From Candidatus Iainarchaeum sp. (lineage in GTDB: Archaea > Iainarchaeota > Iainarchaeia > Iainarchaeales > JAZDDZ01): a stretch of 12,354 nt of DNA. Location of the stretch: contig JAZDDZ010000013.1 in assembly GCA_043809245.1 (NCBI GenBank), forward strand, positions 1 to 12,354, in the 5' to 3' direction. A program made the position numbers and the translations under genes. This document shows, one piece after another, positions 1 through 8,500 of the stretch (its first letter is position 1; every line of letters begins with the position of its first letter). A model generated the notes under the pieces. It was not told the DNA's origin. It did not search any database and worked only from the letters and a program-made list of their open reading frames with translations.

Positions 1-1
1 T

Positions 2-2947
2 TACACAGACCCCGAAGGAAACCCAGAGGGAACAAGCACATACAGATGGGCAAAAAACGGAACCTGGCAAACCGGACAAACAACAAAAACACTAAACGCA
101 AACAACACAACAACAGGAGACAACTGGAAATGCGAAGTAACCCCCGGCGCCCAGACAGGGACAAGCCCTGGCGCGCCAGCTGAAAGCGTGCAGGTAACCA
201 TTAACGCAAACCCACAGCCTCCGCCTGCTTCCTGCAGGTTCATTGGTGCAAACCCGCAAAGCATAATGAAAGGGGAAAACGCAAGCGCGGTAATCACGCA
301 TTCAAATTTTTCCACTCCGCCGAATTCTTATGGCTCGATTATTTGCGGTGACGGCGCAACAGGCGGAACAATTGACTGCAATGCAACAAACTGCACAATC
401 CATTGCGGAGCATACACTTCCTCAGGAACTTATCCTTTAAGCAATTTGTCAGGCCTTTCAAACGGCACTCAAACCGCGGCATCATGCCTTGACAGCGGCT
501 CGTTCAGCGTAACAGTGAATGACCCGGAAAACCAGAACCCTACCGCAACTCTTTCGGCAACTCCTGCAAGCGGGACAACGCCTCTGAACGTTGCATTTGC
601 CGCAACATGCAATGACCCTGACGGCACAATAACATCATGCAGCATTAACTTCGGCGACGGAAACACAACAGCACTTTCAACAATTGAAACAACACAAACA
701 ATACACCACACATACACAAACAGCACCGGGGCTCCGGTCACAAGGAACGCAACCCTTACTGCAACAGATGACAGGGCAGCGCAGGTTTCAAGCATACCCG
801 CAACAATTACAGTGAACCCCGTTGGAATAGTTCCCCCGACTGCAGCACTGAATGCAAGCCCTTCAAGCGGAACCGCGCCCTTAAATGTTTCATTCACCGC
901 AACATGCAATGATTCCGATGGAACGATAAGCTCGTGCTCGCTTAACTTCGGCGACGGAAACACCACAGCGCTTTCAACAATTGAAACAACACAAACAATA
1001 CACCACACATACACAAACAGCACCGGTTCAACGCTTTCAAGGACAGCTACTCTCACCGCAACAGATAACCAGGGGTTAACAGCTTTGTATACTGCGGGAA
1101 TTTCACTTGTAGTGCAGTCAAACCAGCCTCCGACAGCAAGCGCGGGACCTGACAAAAGCGTTCTGAAGGGAACACCCGCTGCATTGTTTGGATTGGGCGC
1201 AGACCCTGAAGGATATAATGTAAGTTACAGATGGAGCCTTTCAAGCGGAACAGGCAATGCATCGGACTGCACTTCAAGCGGCGTTACAAGCGCTTCGTAT
1301 ATTTTAAACTGCACTACTTCCGGCACAAGGATTGCAACGCTTACAGTTACAGACATATTGGGGGAAACCGCAAGCGACAGCGCAGTGATAACTTTTACTG
1401 ATACAACTCCACCACCGCAGTCAAACACCGCACCAACGCTTTCAGGCCTTCCTGACAAAAGCATGAACAGGGATTCATCTCCGCCTGCAAACTGGATTGA
1501 CCTACACGCTTACGCGAATGACGCGCAGGACACTGACGCGCAACTTGCTTTTTCAGTGCAAAGCCAAAGCAACAGCACGCTTGTGAACTGCTATATTTCC
1601 GGAAACAGGTATCTTGACTGCGGGATTTCCGGCGCGGGAAAGACAGGCTCAAATGACGTGAAAATCAGGGTGACTGACTCAGGGGGCCTGTTTGCAGAGG
1701 ACACTCTAAAAATAACCGTAACGGATTCTGCTCCGCCCCCGGAAAACCTTGCGCCGACAGCAAATGCAGGGGGGGCAAAGAGCGCAAATGTTAACGAGCA
1801 GGTTTCGCTGAATGGCTCAGGATCTGACCCTGAGGGGGGCGCTTTGTCTTATCAGTGGAGGCTTTCAAGCGGAACTGGAGCCGCCAATGACTGCACTGCA
1901 AGCGGAACCTATTCACAGCAGTACACTCTAAAGTGCTCTACAAAGGGAACCAGGACCGCAACCCTAACAGTTAAGGACAGCGGGGGCTTGCCTGATTCTG
2001 ATTCCGCGGTTATAACTGTAAAGGAAGTGCAGCCTGAAGGCGAGATTGTATCTGTTTCGTTTAGCTCGTACAAGCTGCGTAAAAACTCCGATGAAAACAT
2101 AACGGTTGTTGTAAAGCTTTCATCCGAATTTGGCACAAGGCTTGTAATGCTAATGGAAGGAGAACCCGTGTTCACTGTTTCACAGCCGACACGTTCATAT
2201 GCCAGCCCGCCAAATTATGTTTCAGAGTTCACTGTATCTGCTTCTGACCTTAACCTGCTTGCTGGAACAGGCACTTACGAGTTAAGGGTTGAAAGCGCGT
2301 CAAACTCGCAGTCATTCAAAAGCGATTACCTTGAGGTTTACGATTCCGGGGGCGCATTGCCGCTTGAAATGGTTTTGCTTGCAGTGCTCTGCATTGCATT
2401 GCTGGTTGCGGCTTACTTCATTTCAAGGAAGGTTCTGGGCAAAAAAGGCGTTAAACTGCCAACAGAAAAGGATATTCCAATTGTAAAAAAAGAGGAAGAG
2501 AAAGAGCAGTTTGTCAAAGGCGAGTACCCTGCAATGAAGAAAGGCAAGGCATTGGAGGATGAATTGCCAGAGCCCAAAGCAAAAAAAGGAAAAGCCGCGG
2601 GAAAAAAGCAAAAGGAAGAGAAGGACAAGGGAAAGGGAATAATTGATGACCTTTTGGAAGAGGAAGAAGAGGAAGCGAAAAAAGAAGGCCCCAAGGGGGA
2701 AGGCAAGGGCGAAGAGCTTGAGGAAATGGGTGTGGGGCTTGAAACCGGCCTTGGCTTTGGCAAAGAAGAGGAAGAGGAAAAGGACTTGTGCCCAAGGTGC
2801 TGGTCAACGCCCGTGAATGTAATTTACTGCCCTGAATGCGGCGAGGGCTTCTGCGAAAAATGCGCAAAAAAAGCGGAAATAGTCCCAGGCAAAGTGAAAT
2901 ATTTCTGCCCGAAGTGCGGAAAAACCGTGAACATTGAAAACGAATGA
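2..2947 (+). CDS. Large membrane-anchored cell-surface protein / putative adhesin (5'-truncated): Ig-like, PKD and cadherin-like repeats, one TM helix, E/K-rich tail, C-terminal C8 zinc finger
   Basis: The frame is open from nt 2 (YTDPEGNPEGTSTYRW...WKCEVTP, an Ig-like repeat), so GTG188 is not the true start. It has PKD motifs (PLNVxF...NFGDG...HTY...ATLTATD) x2, PTAxAG...DPEG..SYxW repeats x2 and a cadherin-like NTAP...IDL...D..D...RVTDSGG unit. TM MVLLAVLCIALLVAAYFI (~2369-2422) is followed by RKVLGKKG. There are many N-x-S/T sequons and four CxxC pairs at 2789-2917. Stop is TGA 2945-2947. Confidence 0.9.
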   Translation, partial: YTDPEGNPEGTSTYRWAKNGTWQTGQTTKTLNANNTTTGDNWKCEVTPGAQTGTSPGAPAESVQVTINANPQPPPASCRFIGANPQSIMKGENASAVITHSNFSTPPNSYGSIICGDGATGGTIDCNATNCTIHCGAYTSSGTYPLSNLSGLSNGTQTAASCLDSGSFSVTVNDPENQNPTATLSATPASGTTPLNVAFAATCNDPDGTITSCSINFGDGNTTALSTIETTQTIHHTYTNSTGAPVTRNATLTATDDRAAQVSSIPATITVNPVGIVPPTAALNASPSSGTAPLNVSFTATCNDSDGTISSCSLNFGDGNTTALSTIETTQTIHHTYTNSTGSTLSRTATLTATDNQGLTALYTAGISLVVQSNQPPTASAGPDKSVLKGTPAALFGLGADPEGYNVSYRWSLSSGTGNASDCTSSGVTSASYILNCTTSGTRIATLTVTDILGETASDSAVITFTDTTPPPQSNTAPTLSGLPDKSMNRDSSPPANWIDLHAYANDAQDTDAQLAFSVQSQSNSTLVNCYISGNRYLDCGISGAGKTGSNDVKIRVTDSGGLFAEDTLKITVTDSAPPPENLAPTANAGGAKSANVNEQVSLNGSGSDPEGGALSYQWRLSSGTGAANDCTASGTYSQQYTLKCSTKGTRTATLTVKDSGGLPDSDSAVITVKEVQPEGEIVSVSFSSYKLRKNSDENITVVVKLSSEFGTRLVMLMEGEPVFTVSQPTRSYASPPNYVSEFTVSASDLNLLAGTGTYELRVESASNSQSFKSDYLEVYDSGGALPLEMVLLAVLCIALLVAAYFISRKVLGKKGVKLPTEKDIPIVKKEEEKEQFVKGEYPAMKKGKALEDELPEPKAKKGKAAGKKQKEEKDKGKGIIDDLLEEEEEEAKKEGPKGEGKGEELEEMGVGLETGLGFGKEEEEEKDLCPRCWSTPVNVIYCPECGEGFCEKCAKKAEIVPGKVKYFCPKCGKTVNIENE
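530..1115 (+). repeat. Two tandem Cys-containing PKD domains (297-nt period) with an 85-bp near-identical core (645-729 / 942-1026)
   Basis: Direct alignment gives 83/85 identity, including a perfect 56-bp block (674-729 = 971-1026) within the shared peptide NFGDGNTTALSTIETTQTIHHTYTNSTG. Flanking codons are diverged. Confidence 0.9.
1121..2020 (+). repeat. Two PKD/REJ-like domains (~1121-1400 and ~1745-2020) flanking a cadherin-like domain
   Basis: PTASAG...DPEG...SYRWSLSSGTGNASDCTSSG...LNCTTSGTRIATLTVTD...SDSAVIT aligns with PTANAG...DPEG...SYQWRLSSGTGAANDCTASG...LKCSTKGTRTATLTVKD...SDSAVIT, with a 624-nt offset and a conserved Cys pair. Confidence 0.85.
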
Positions 2948-2948
2948 A

Positions 2949-2955
2949 TTTTTTT
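2949..2955 (+). terminator. Possible archaeal oligo-T terminator
   Basis: T7 run directly after the surface-protein stop, in the 12-bp gap between convergent genes. Confidence 0.45.
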
Positions 2956-2959
2956 AATT

Positions 2960-3754
2960 TCAGGCGGTAGGCTGCGGGTTAACGCTGAATTCTATTCCCT
3001 GCTTTTCTTCGCAGCCCCATGAAGTTGGCTGGTCAATGACTTCCTTCAGGTCCACTGGCGACCATATGATGAGGTCTGCTTCCGCTGGAACAGTTGAAGG
3101 CTCGCTTGCCGATGAAGCGCTTTTTCTCACTAGCTTGAGCGTGCTGAATGCCTGGCCAGTACTGCCTGCCCTTGCATAAATCGAGGAAATTTTTTCCGCG
3201 GAAAGGCTTGTGCAGAAAAGGTTTGAATGCGCTGGCTTTGACGGGTCAAAGTTCCTGCAGGCATCCAGCCCGGCATTGCCTGCGTATTTGCAAAAATATG
3301 CGGGATTGCTTAAGTGCATGAACGCAAAAACATACCTGTCCTCATTTTTAATATAGATGAAGAAAAGATAGTCAAAGGAATTAGAGATGGGTGAAAGGGT
3401 TGCGTAAACGTTTTTTGCAAGAACCATTTTTGTTTCATCGCTCAATGACTCAATTGCGCCTGTTTTTTCCGTGGCAAAGTCCTCCTTGATGTATGCAAGG
3501 AGATGGTCTATTTCAACCCCGTCCTGGTAAATTGAGTTTGCCGGGTCACGGGGAGTTGAACTGTAAAGGATTGTTGAAAGCGCGCTTGAAGCGAAATCAG
3601 AGTTGCCCTGGCGCAGCAGGCCCCTGTCAACGTTCGCGCCGAAAGTGTTGGCAAAAGAGTAAAGGAAAACGCTTAAGCCAGTCACAATCAGGAGGAAAAA
3701 CATTGCGTCAGTCAGGGCCGCCTGCCCTTTTTTATCCCTTAAAATCATTGCCAT
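2960..3754 (-). CDS. Class III signal peptide (pilin-like / minor pilin) protein
   Basis: N-terminus RDKKG|QAALTDAMFFLLIVTGLSVFLYSF has a basic leader, Gly-1/Gln+1 and a hydrophobic helix. The protein has 4 Cys. An alternative start ATG3748 overlaps the upstream stop (ATGA). A GGTGG SD-like motif lies upstream. Confidence 0.85.
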   Translation of the reverse strand: MAMILRDKKGQAALTDAMFFLLIVTGLSVFLYSFANTFGANVDRGLLRQGNSDFASSALSTILYSSTPRDPANSIYQDGVEIDHLLAYIKEDFATEKTGAIESLSDETKMVLAKNVYATLSPISNSFDYLFFIYIKNEDRYVFAFMHLSNPAYFCKYAGNAGLDACRNFDPSKPAHSNLFCTSLSAEKISSIYARAGSTGQAFSTLKLVRKSASSASEPSTVPAEADLIIWSPVDLKEVIDQPTSWGCEEKQGIEFSVNPQPTA

Positions 3755-4275
3755 GCAACCACCACCAAATGCATTGGCTTCACAATTCTCTTGTCTTCAA
3801 CGACAATAGGGAGAATCTTTACCATGAGCATTGTGCCTGAAACATTCTCGGGAATATGGCTCGCGTTAGAGCACCTGAACTCCTCCTCTGTTTCGCTTGA
3901 TTTGAAGAAGTTGAGGTTGAACACGTCAATCCCGCGGTACTGCGATTGTTCGCCGCCCAAATAATCTGTTATGAACTGTTCCGGCGCGCTTGCCGCGTTA
4001 GTTATGCCCGCGATGAATTTCAGCTTTCCGCTTGTCACCTCATTGCATCTCTGCGCGAAGTAATCAGGGCTTGAAATGTAGCCGCTTGACTTCAATACCC
4101 TCACAATTTTTAACGCGTCAAGGTTTGACTGGAATGAATCACTTTTCCTTTCAAACACCTGAAAGGTAAAAGTGAAGACTGAGAAAAAAATCACCAATGC
4201 GAAAAGCAGCGGAATCAAAGAGGGAAGGTCGTCGCCTATTGGCCCGAGAAAGCCCCTGCTTTTTCCTTTCAGCAA
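3745..4275 (-). CDS. Pilin-like protein with probable class III signal peptide
   Basis: TTG start preceded by GGGGGA and overlapping the upstream stop. N-terminus KGKSRG|FLGPIGDDLPSLIPLLFALVIFFSVF. 2 Cys. The C-terminal strand LVVVAW resembles archaeal minor pilins. Confidence 0.8.
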   Translation of the reverse strand: MLKGKSRGFLGPIGDDLPSLIPLLFALVIFFSVFTFTFQVFERKSDSFQSNLDALKIVRVLKSSGYISSPDYFAQRCNEVTSGKLKFIAGITNAASAPEQFITDYLGGEQSQYRGIDVFNLNFFKSSETEEEFRCSNASHIPENVSGTMLMVKILPIVVEDKRIVKPMHLVVVAWQ

Positions 4276-4904
4276 TGGAATCCCCCTTCAAGGTCGGCTA
4301 TATCCGGATGAATTATTTCCCCGACACTGGTTTTTGCTTCCTCGCATATCTGCGCATTGCATGGAATGACGTAAAGCGTTGCCTTTCCGCCTACAATCTC
4401 CTTCACAAAAACAAATGCGTTCCTTGTGTCAGGCAAAGCTGCCTGTGGGTCAATTATTGCCGAGTCAACAACCCCCCATTCATCATCCACCTTGCTCCAG
4501 ATCCTGACATCAGCGCTTGTCCTGAAAGAATTTGCGGCAATCGAATTGGGCTCCTTTCCCTCCTTGACTGCCTGTTGGTAGTCTTTTCTTGACATCACGG
4601 AAAAAATGAGGTAGTTAACGTATTCTCCGTTCTCAAGCTCAAGTTGCTGCCGCGAAACACGCATAACGTAATAAAAGTCATCCCCCAAAAGCCGGATGTA
4701 ATTCGGAAGGTAATGGTACGCACTTTCGCAGAGCGTTGGCGCAGCGACAAGGGAATCAGATAGCTTGACCGCACGGTTGAGCAGTAACTTCATTTCCTCT
4801 ACTTTCACTATGTCAGACAAGCCGAACAAAAAAAAGGTCACGATTGCGAAAACAGATATGACCAGGATTAACAAATTGATTTTGCTTAAAATGAATCCAA
4901 GCAC
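4269..4904 (-). CDS. N-terminally membrane-anchored pilus-associated protein of unknown function
   Basis: GTG start 4 nt after the upstream stop, with an AGGGGG SD-like motif. Hydrophobic N-terminus MLGFILSKINLLILVISVFAIVTFFLFGL without a basic class III leader. 4 Cys. Embedded among pilin-like genes. Confidence 0.8.
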   Translation of the reverse strand: MLGFILSKINLLILVISVFAIVTFFLFGLSDIVKVEEMKLLLNRAVKLSDSLVAAPTLCESAYHYLPNYIRLLGDDFYYVMRVSRQQLELENGEYVNYLIFSVMSRKDYQQAVKEGKEPNSIAANSFRTSADVRIWSKVDDEWGVVDSAIIDPQAALPDTRNAFVFVKEIVGGKATLYVIPCNAQICEEAKTSVGEIIHPDIADLEGGFHC

Positions 4905-4908
4905 GCCG

Positions 4909-5469
4909 TCAGCCCCCTAAAATCTTTTTGTAAACGCATAAAACCGGGTTGGAGCTGAATGCATTGAACTTGCTGATCAAAGTGTAGCGCCCCGAAGAAA
5001 TAATTGAATTATGCCAGTTGACAACCTCATAACCCTCTTCACGGGAAAAATCAGTGCAGCTGTCGGAAGTGAACGCCGTTGAACTGGAAATGAAAAGGCA
5101 CTTTGAAGTGCTGTGCTCGGGATTATAAAATTTCAACAGCGTGCATTCATTGCGGTAACTGCCGCAATAATAAGTGCAGGTATGCGTTTCCTGCTCATAG
5201 CTGATTTTTGTCTCAGTCACGCCCTCAGTTTCCTGATAACAGGAAGGAATAGCAAAAGTCACGGTCTGAGTGCCCTGGCCATTGGCAACAATCTGAATCG
5301 CCTGCTGCAAATCACCAAGGCTTTTTTCAAGTTCGCCCTCGCACTGCTTGTCGCGCAAAACATTCACGGCATAAAGACCAATGGTTATCACAAAAGTCAT
5401 TACAACAACCGCAATCAACAGCTCGAATGGCGCTTCCTCCTGGCCTGACTTTCCCATCTTTGAAGGCAT
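4909..5469 (-). CDS. Cys-rich class III signal peptide (pilin-like) protein, first gene of the minus-strand operon
   Basis: MPSKMGKSG|QEEAPFELLIAVVVMTFVITIGLYAV, with 8 Cys. Start moved from 5511 to ATG5469 (or 5457) because a TATA-like box lies at 5495-5501 and class III leaders are short. Confidence 0.85.
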   Translation of the reverse strand: MPSKMGKSGQEEAPFELLIAVVVMTFVITIGLYAVNVLRDKQCEGELEKSLGDLQQAIQIVANGQGTQTVTFAIPSCYQETEGVTETKISYEQETHTCTYYCGSYRNECTLLKFYNPEHSTSKCLFISSSTAFTSDSCTDFSREEGYEVVNWHNSIISSGRYTLISKFNAFSSNPVLCVYKKILGG

Positions 5470-5492
5470 ATGAATTAAAGAAAGGGCAAGGG

Positions 5493-5510
5493 AATATTTA
5501 ATGCTTCCCA
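5493..5510 (-). promoter_or_regulatory. Putative archaeal BRE/TATA promoter for the minus-strand pilin operon (leaderless mRNA)
   Basis: The minus strand reads GGGAAGCATTAAATATT. TTAAATA lies 26-32 nt upstream of ATG5469 and there is no SD before that ATG. Confidence 0.55.
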
Positions 5511-5537
5511 TCAGTGGGAAAAAGCATCAGGATTCTC

Positions 5538-5557
5538 TTATAAAAAAGTATAATAAT
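5538..5557 (+). promoter_or_regulatory. Putative archaeal BRE/TATA promoter for the ATPase operon
   Basis: TTATAAAAAAGTATAATAAT: a purine-rich run followed by TATAATA about 31-37 nt upstream of ATG5586, with no SD motif. Confidence 0.5.
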
Positions 5558-5585
5558 ACCTTCTCCCTATTTTTTATGTTTCTTT

Positions 5586-8500
5586 ATGAAGATTAGTGGC
5601 TTTGAAGTCGGGCCTTACGCCGTTAAAGAGGAGGGCGGCAAAAGGCATTTGGTTTTTGATTGCAGGGACTGCGTTTACGGAAGCTCCATTGCGGATGACC
5701 AGCACTGCCGCTACCATGTGTTAAGGGTATTGCAGGAAGTGGAGGCAAGCCTTGTAGTGCTCGCGGAAGTCTATGAAAGGGTTTACGATGAACGGCAGGC
5801 AAAAATGCTTGCCGAGATAGCGGCTGCGGCGCAGAAATTCGAAGTGGAAAGCATTTGGTCTTACGCGCACCTCGGGGACCCGCAAATTGAATCAGAGGCT
5901 TTGTTCGGGGAAAGGCATGACATTCTTGCAAAAATCTCGCACGAACTGTTAATGTTTGACCCTGTTGCGGCATACATCGCGCTCTTAGGCGAGGTAAAAA
6001 AAGAAAAGGAAAAATCAGAAAGCATGAAGGGCAGCGGAAAATACTCCGACATATATCTCAACACGCTTCTTTACATTAGGCAGCAGCTTGAAGGCACTGA
6101 ACTAATGCAGATGACAAAAAACATGCTTTTGAAATTAAAGCAGGTGCCTGAAACAATTCAGCTGTACAGGACTTTTTTCGAGGCGCAGGTAAAGCCTTCC
6201 TTCATTGGAGCAAGGCTTTTGTTCGAGGAAATGGAAACCCTGGAGCTGCTGGACGAGTATTCTGTGAAAGATTCAAGCGTGCAGATATTCAAGCACCCGA
6301 ACAAGCCGGAAAAACTTTACTTCATCAATCCCCCTGAATACACGATGCCTCCTGAAAAATACTTCATTCTAAGCAAGACAAAGGAAGTCGTGGCATCATA
6401 CAGGCCGGGGAGAACTTCGCTTTCCACGCTTGCGAAAAGCAGGAAATACTTTGAACGCGTCTACCAGTCAACGATAAAGGATTTGTGCAGGCAGAACAAC
6501 ATTCACCTGGAGAACGAGGAAATAATTGAGTTAAGCCAGATTGTTGCGCGATACACTGTTGGCTATGGAATACTTGAAGTGCTTTTATCCGACAGGAAGC
6601 TGACAGACATTTACGTTGACTCTCCAATTGGCTTAAAGCCATTGTATGTGGTGCATTCGGATTTCGGGCAGTGCCAGACAAACGTTATTTACACCCAGGA
6701 CGAGGCTGACGCGCTTGTAAGCAAAATGCGCGCTTCAAGCGGAAGGCCATTTGATGAAGCGCATCCAGTCCTGGACCTTGACTTGGCGGATTTGGATACA
6801 AGGGTTGCAGTGATTGGGCCGCCGCTTGCAATTGACGGAACAGCCTTTGCATTCAGGCTGCATAAGGTTACGCCTTGGACTTTGCCTCAGTTCATTGACG
6901 CGAAAATGCTTCCACCGCTTGCAGCGGGGCTGCTTTCATTTTTCATTGACGCGCAGGCAACAATGCTTGTGACAGGCTCAAGGGGCAGCGGAAAAACCTC
7001 GCTCATGCAATCGTTGATGCTTGAAATAGTGCAGAGCGCGAGAATAATCGTGCAGGAAGACAGCGTTACAGGCGATGCTGAAATTTTAGTGGAACAAAAC
7101 GGCAAGATGCAAAGAACTACTGTTGGAGAGCTAATTGACAGCGTGATTGAAGAAAACGGCTGTGTTAACCTTGATGGAAGGGAAATTGTTATCACTGAAA
7201 ATAACAGTTTAAAAGTTTTTGCGATGGACACAGAAGGGAAGATTTCTTTGAGTAATGCAAGCCAGCTAATGCGCCACAAAGTGAACAAGGAATTGTACGA
7301 GTTCACGACACGCAGCGGCAAGAAAATCAAGGTAACGAAAGACCACTGCCTTTTTGGCCTGAAAGGCAACGAAATAATGCCAATACGCTCTGAGGAAATT
7401 ACTGAAGGCACATTCATTGCTACGCCCCGGCTAATTCCATTTGAGGATAGGGCGGGATTGGATAAAATAAATATTTTTGAACATGCTGGAACAGCTGAAG
7501 CAGGTTTTGTTGCAGGGGGCGAGATAGAAAAATTGATTGAACGAAACTGGCTGCAGGTTAAGCAGTTTGGCCTGAAGAACTCTTACAATAAAACAACCAT
7601 TCAAGCGTGGAAGAGAAACAAGGTGCTGCCTGCAAAAATATTCCGTGACACAAAGGATTGCTTGGTTGACTTTTCAAAGGTTCTGTATAAAGACTGCAAA
7701 GACTCAAAGGCAATTCCAGCAGAGATTACCCTAAACAAGGATTTTTTGAATTTTATGGGATTATGGCTTGCTGACGGTTGCTATGACGGAAAATACGGCG
7801 TGATAATCTCGTCTCCTGACTGCAGGGAAACCGTTTCAGGGGTCGCAAGGCAATTCGGGCTGCGGGAAAGAAAGCACTCAGACGGTTTTTCATACATAAT
7901 ATCAAACACAGCCCTTGTCTCTGCACTAAAAAACATCATCGGCTTGAATGGTGATTCGCACACCAAAAAATTCCCAAAATGGGTTTACAATCTTTCAAGA
8001 AAACAAATCGCTTATGTTTTGGAAGGCTTGTTCAGCGGCGACGGTTATTCTTCAAAATATGAGGTAGGCATAAGCCTTGTTTCAAAGGAAATGACGAAAG
8101 ACATTCAGCTGCTGCTCCCACTTTTTGGAATAAACACAAGAACAAAGTTTGCCAAAAAGGGCAGAATATTCATTACTAGAATTAGCGGCATTAAAATGCT
8201 CAGAAGCTTTAAGGAAAGCATCGGTTTTCTGCAGGAACATAAAAGGCGCAAACTAAACGAAATGTGTGAAAGGGAGCCATTCCATGACATCTCGGATGTC
8301 ATTCCATTCTCAGCGGAAGCAAAAAAGGAGCTGGCTTCAGCAGTTGTGGGATTCAATAGGCATGATTATGTCTCAAAAGATTACGCTTTAGGAAGGCAAA
8401 AGCTCCAAAAATATGTTAATAAAATGGAATTTGGCTCTTGCGATTTCCTTGAAAAAATCAAAAAAATCGCTGAAAGCGACATTTACTGGGATGAAATAAA

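Noticed and set aside
188-190. GTG188 as start of the surface protein
   Set aside because: The frame is open and Ig-like back to nt 2, and no signal peptide follows GTG188, so the gene starts upstream of the window.
645-1026. DGR template/variable repeat pair or CRISPR array
   Set aside because: There are only two in-frame coding copies with 2 synonymous mismatches, no reverse transcriptase or cas gene, and no repeat-spacer periodicity.
860-1875. Recurrent TTCAAGCGG motif
   Set aside because: Explained by Ser-Ser-Gly codons (TCA AGC GGN) in repeated domains.
1-2867. Antisense and alternate-frame ORFs over the surface gene (e.g. 1-315, 469-1155, 2413-2763)
   Set aside because: These are shadow ORFs of a biased, repetitive coding strand with no recognisable motifs.
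4828-4835. A8 homopolymer as a phase-variation tract
   Set aside because: It encodes Phe-Phe-Leu in a TM helix with the frame intact, and similar A/T runs are common throughout the window.
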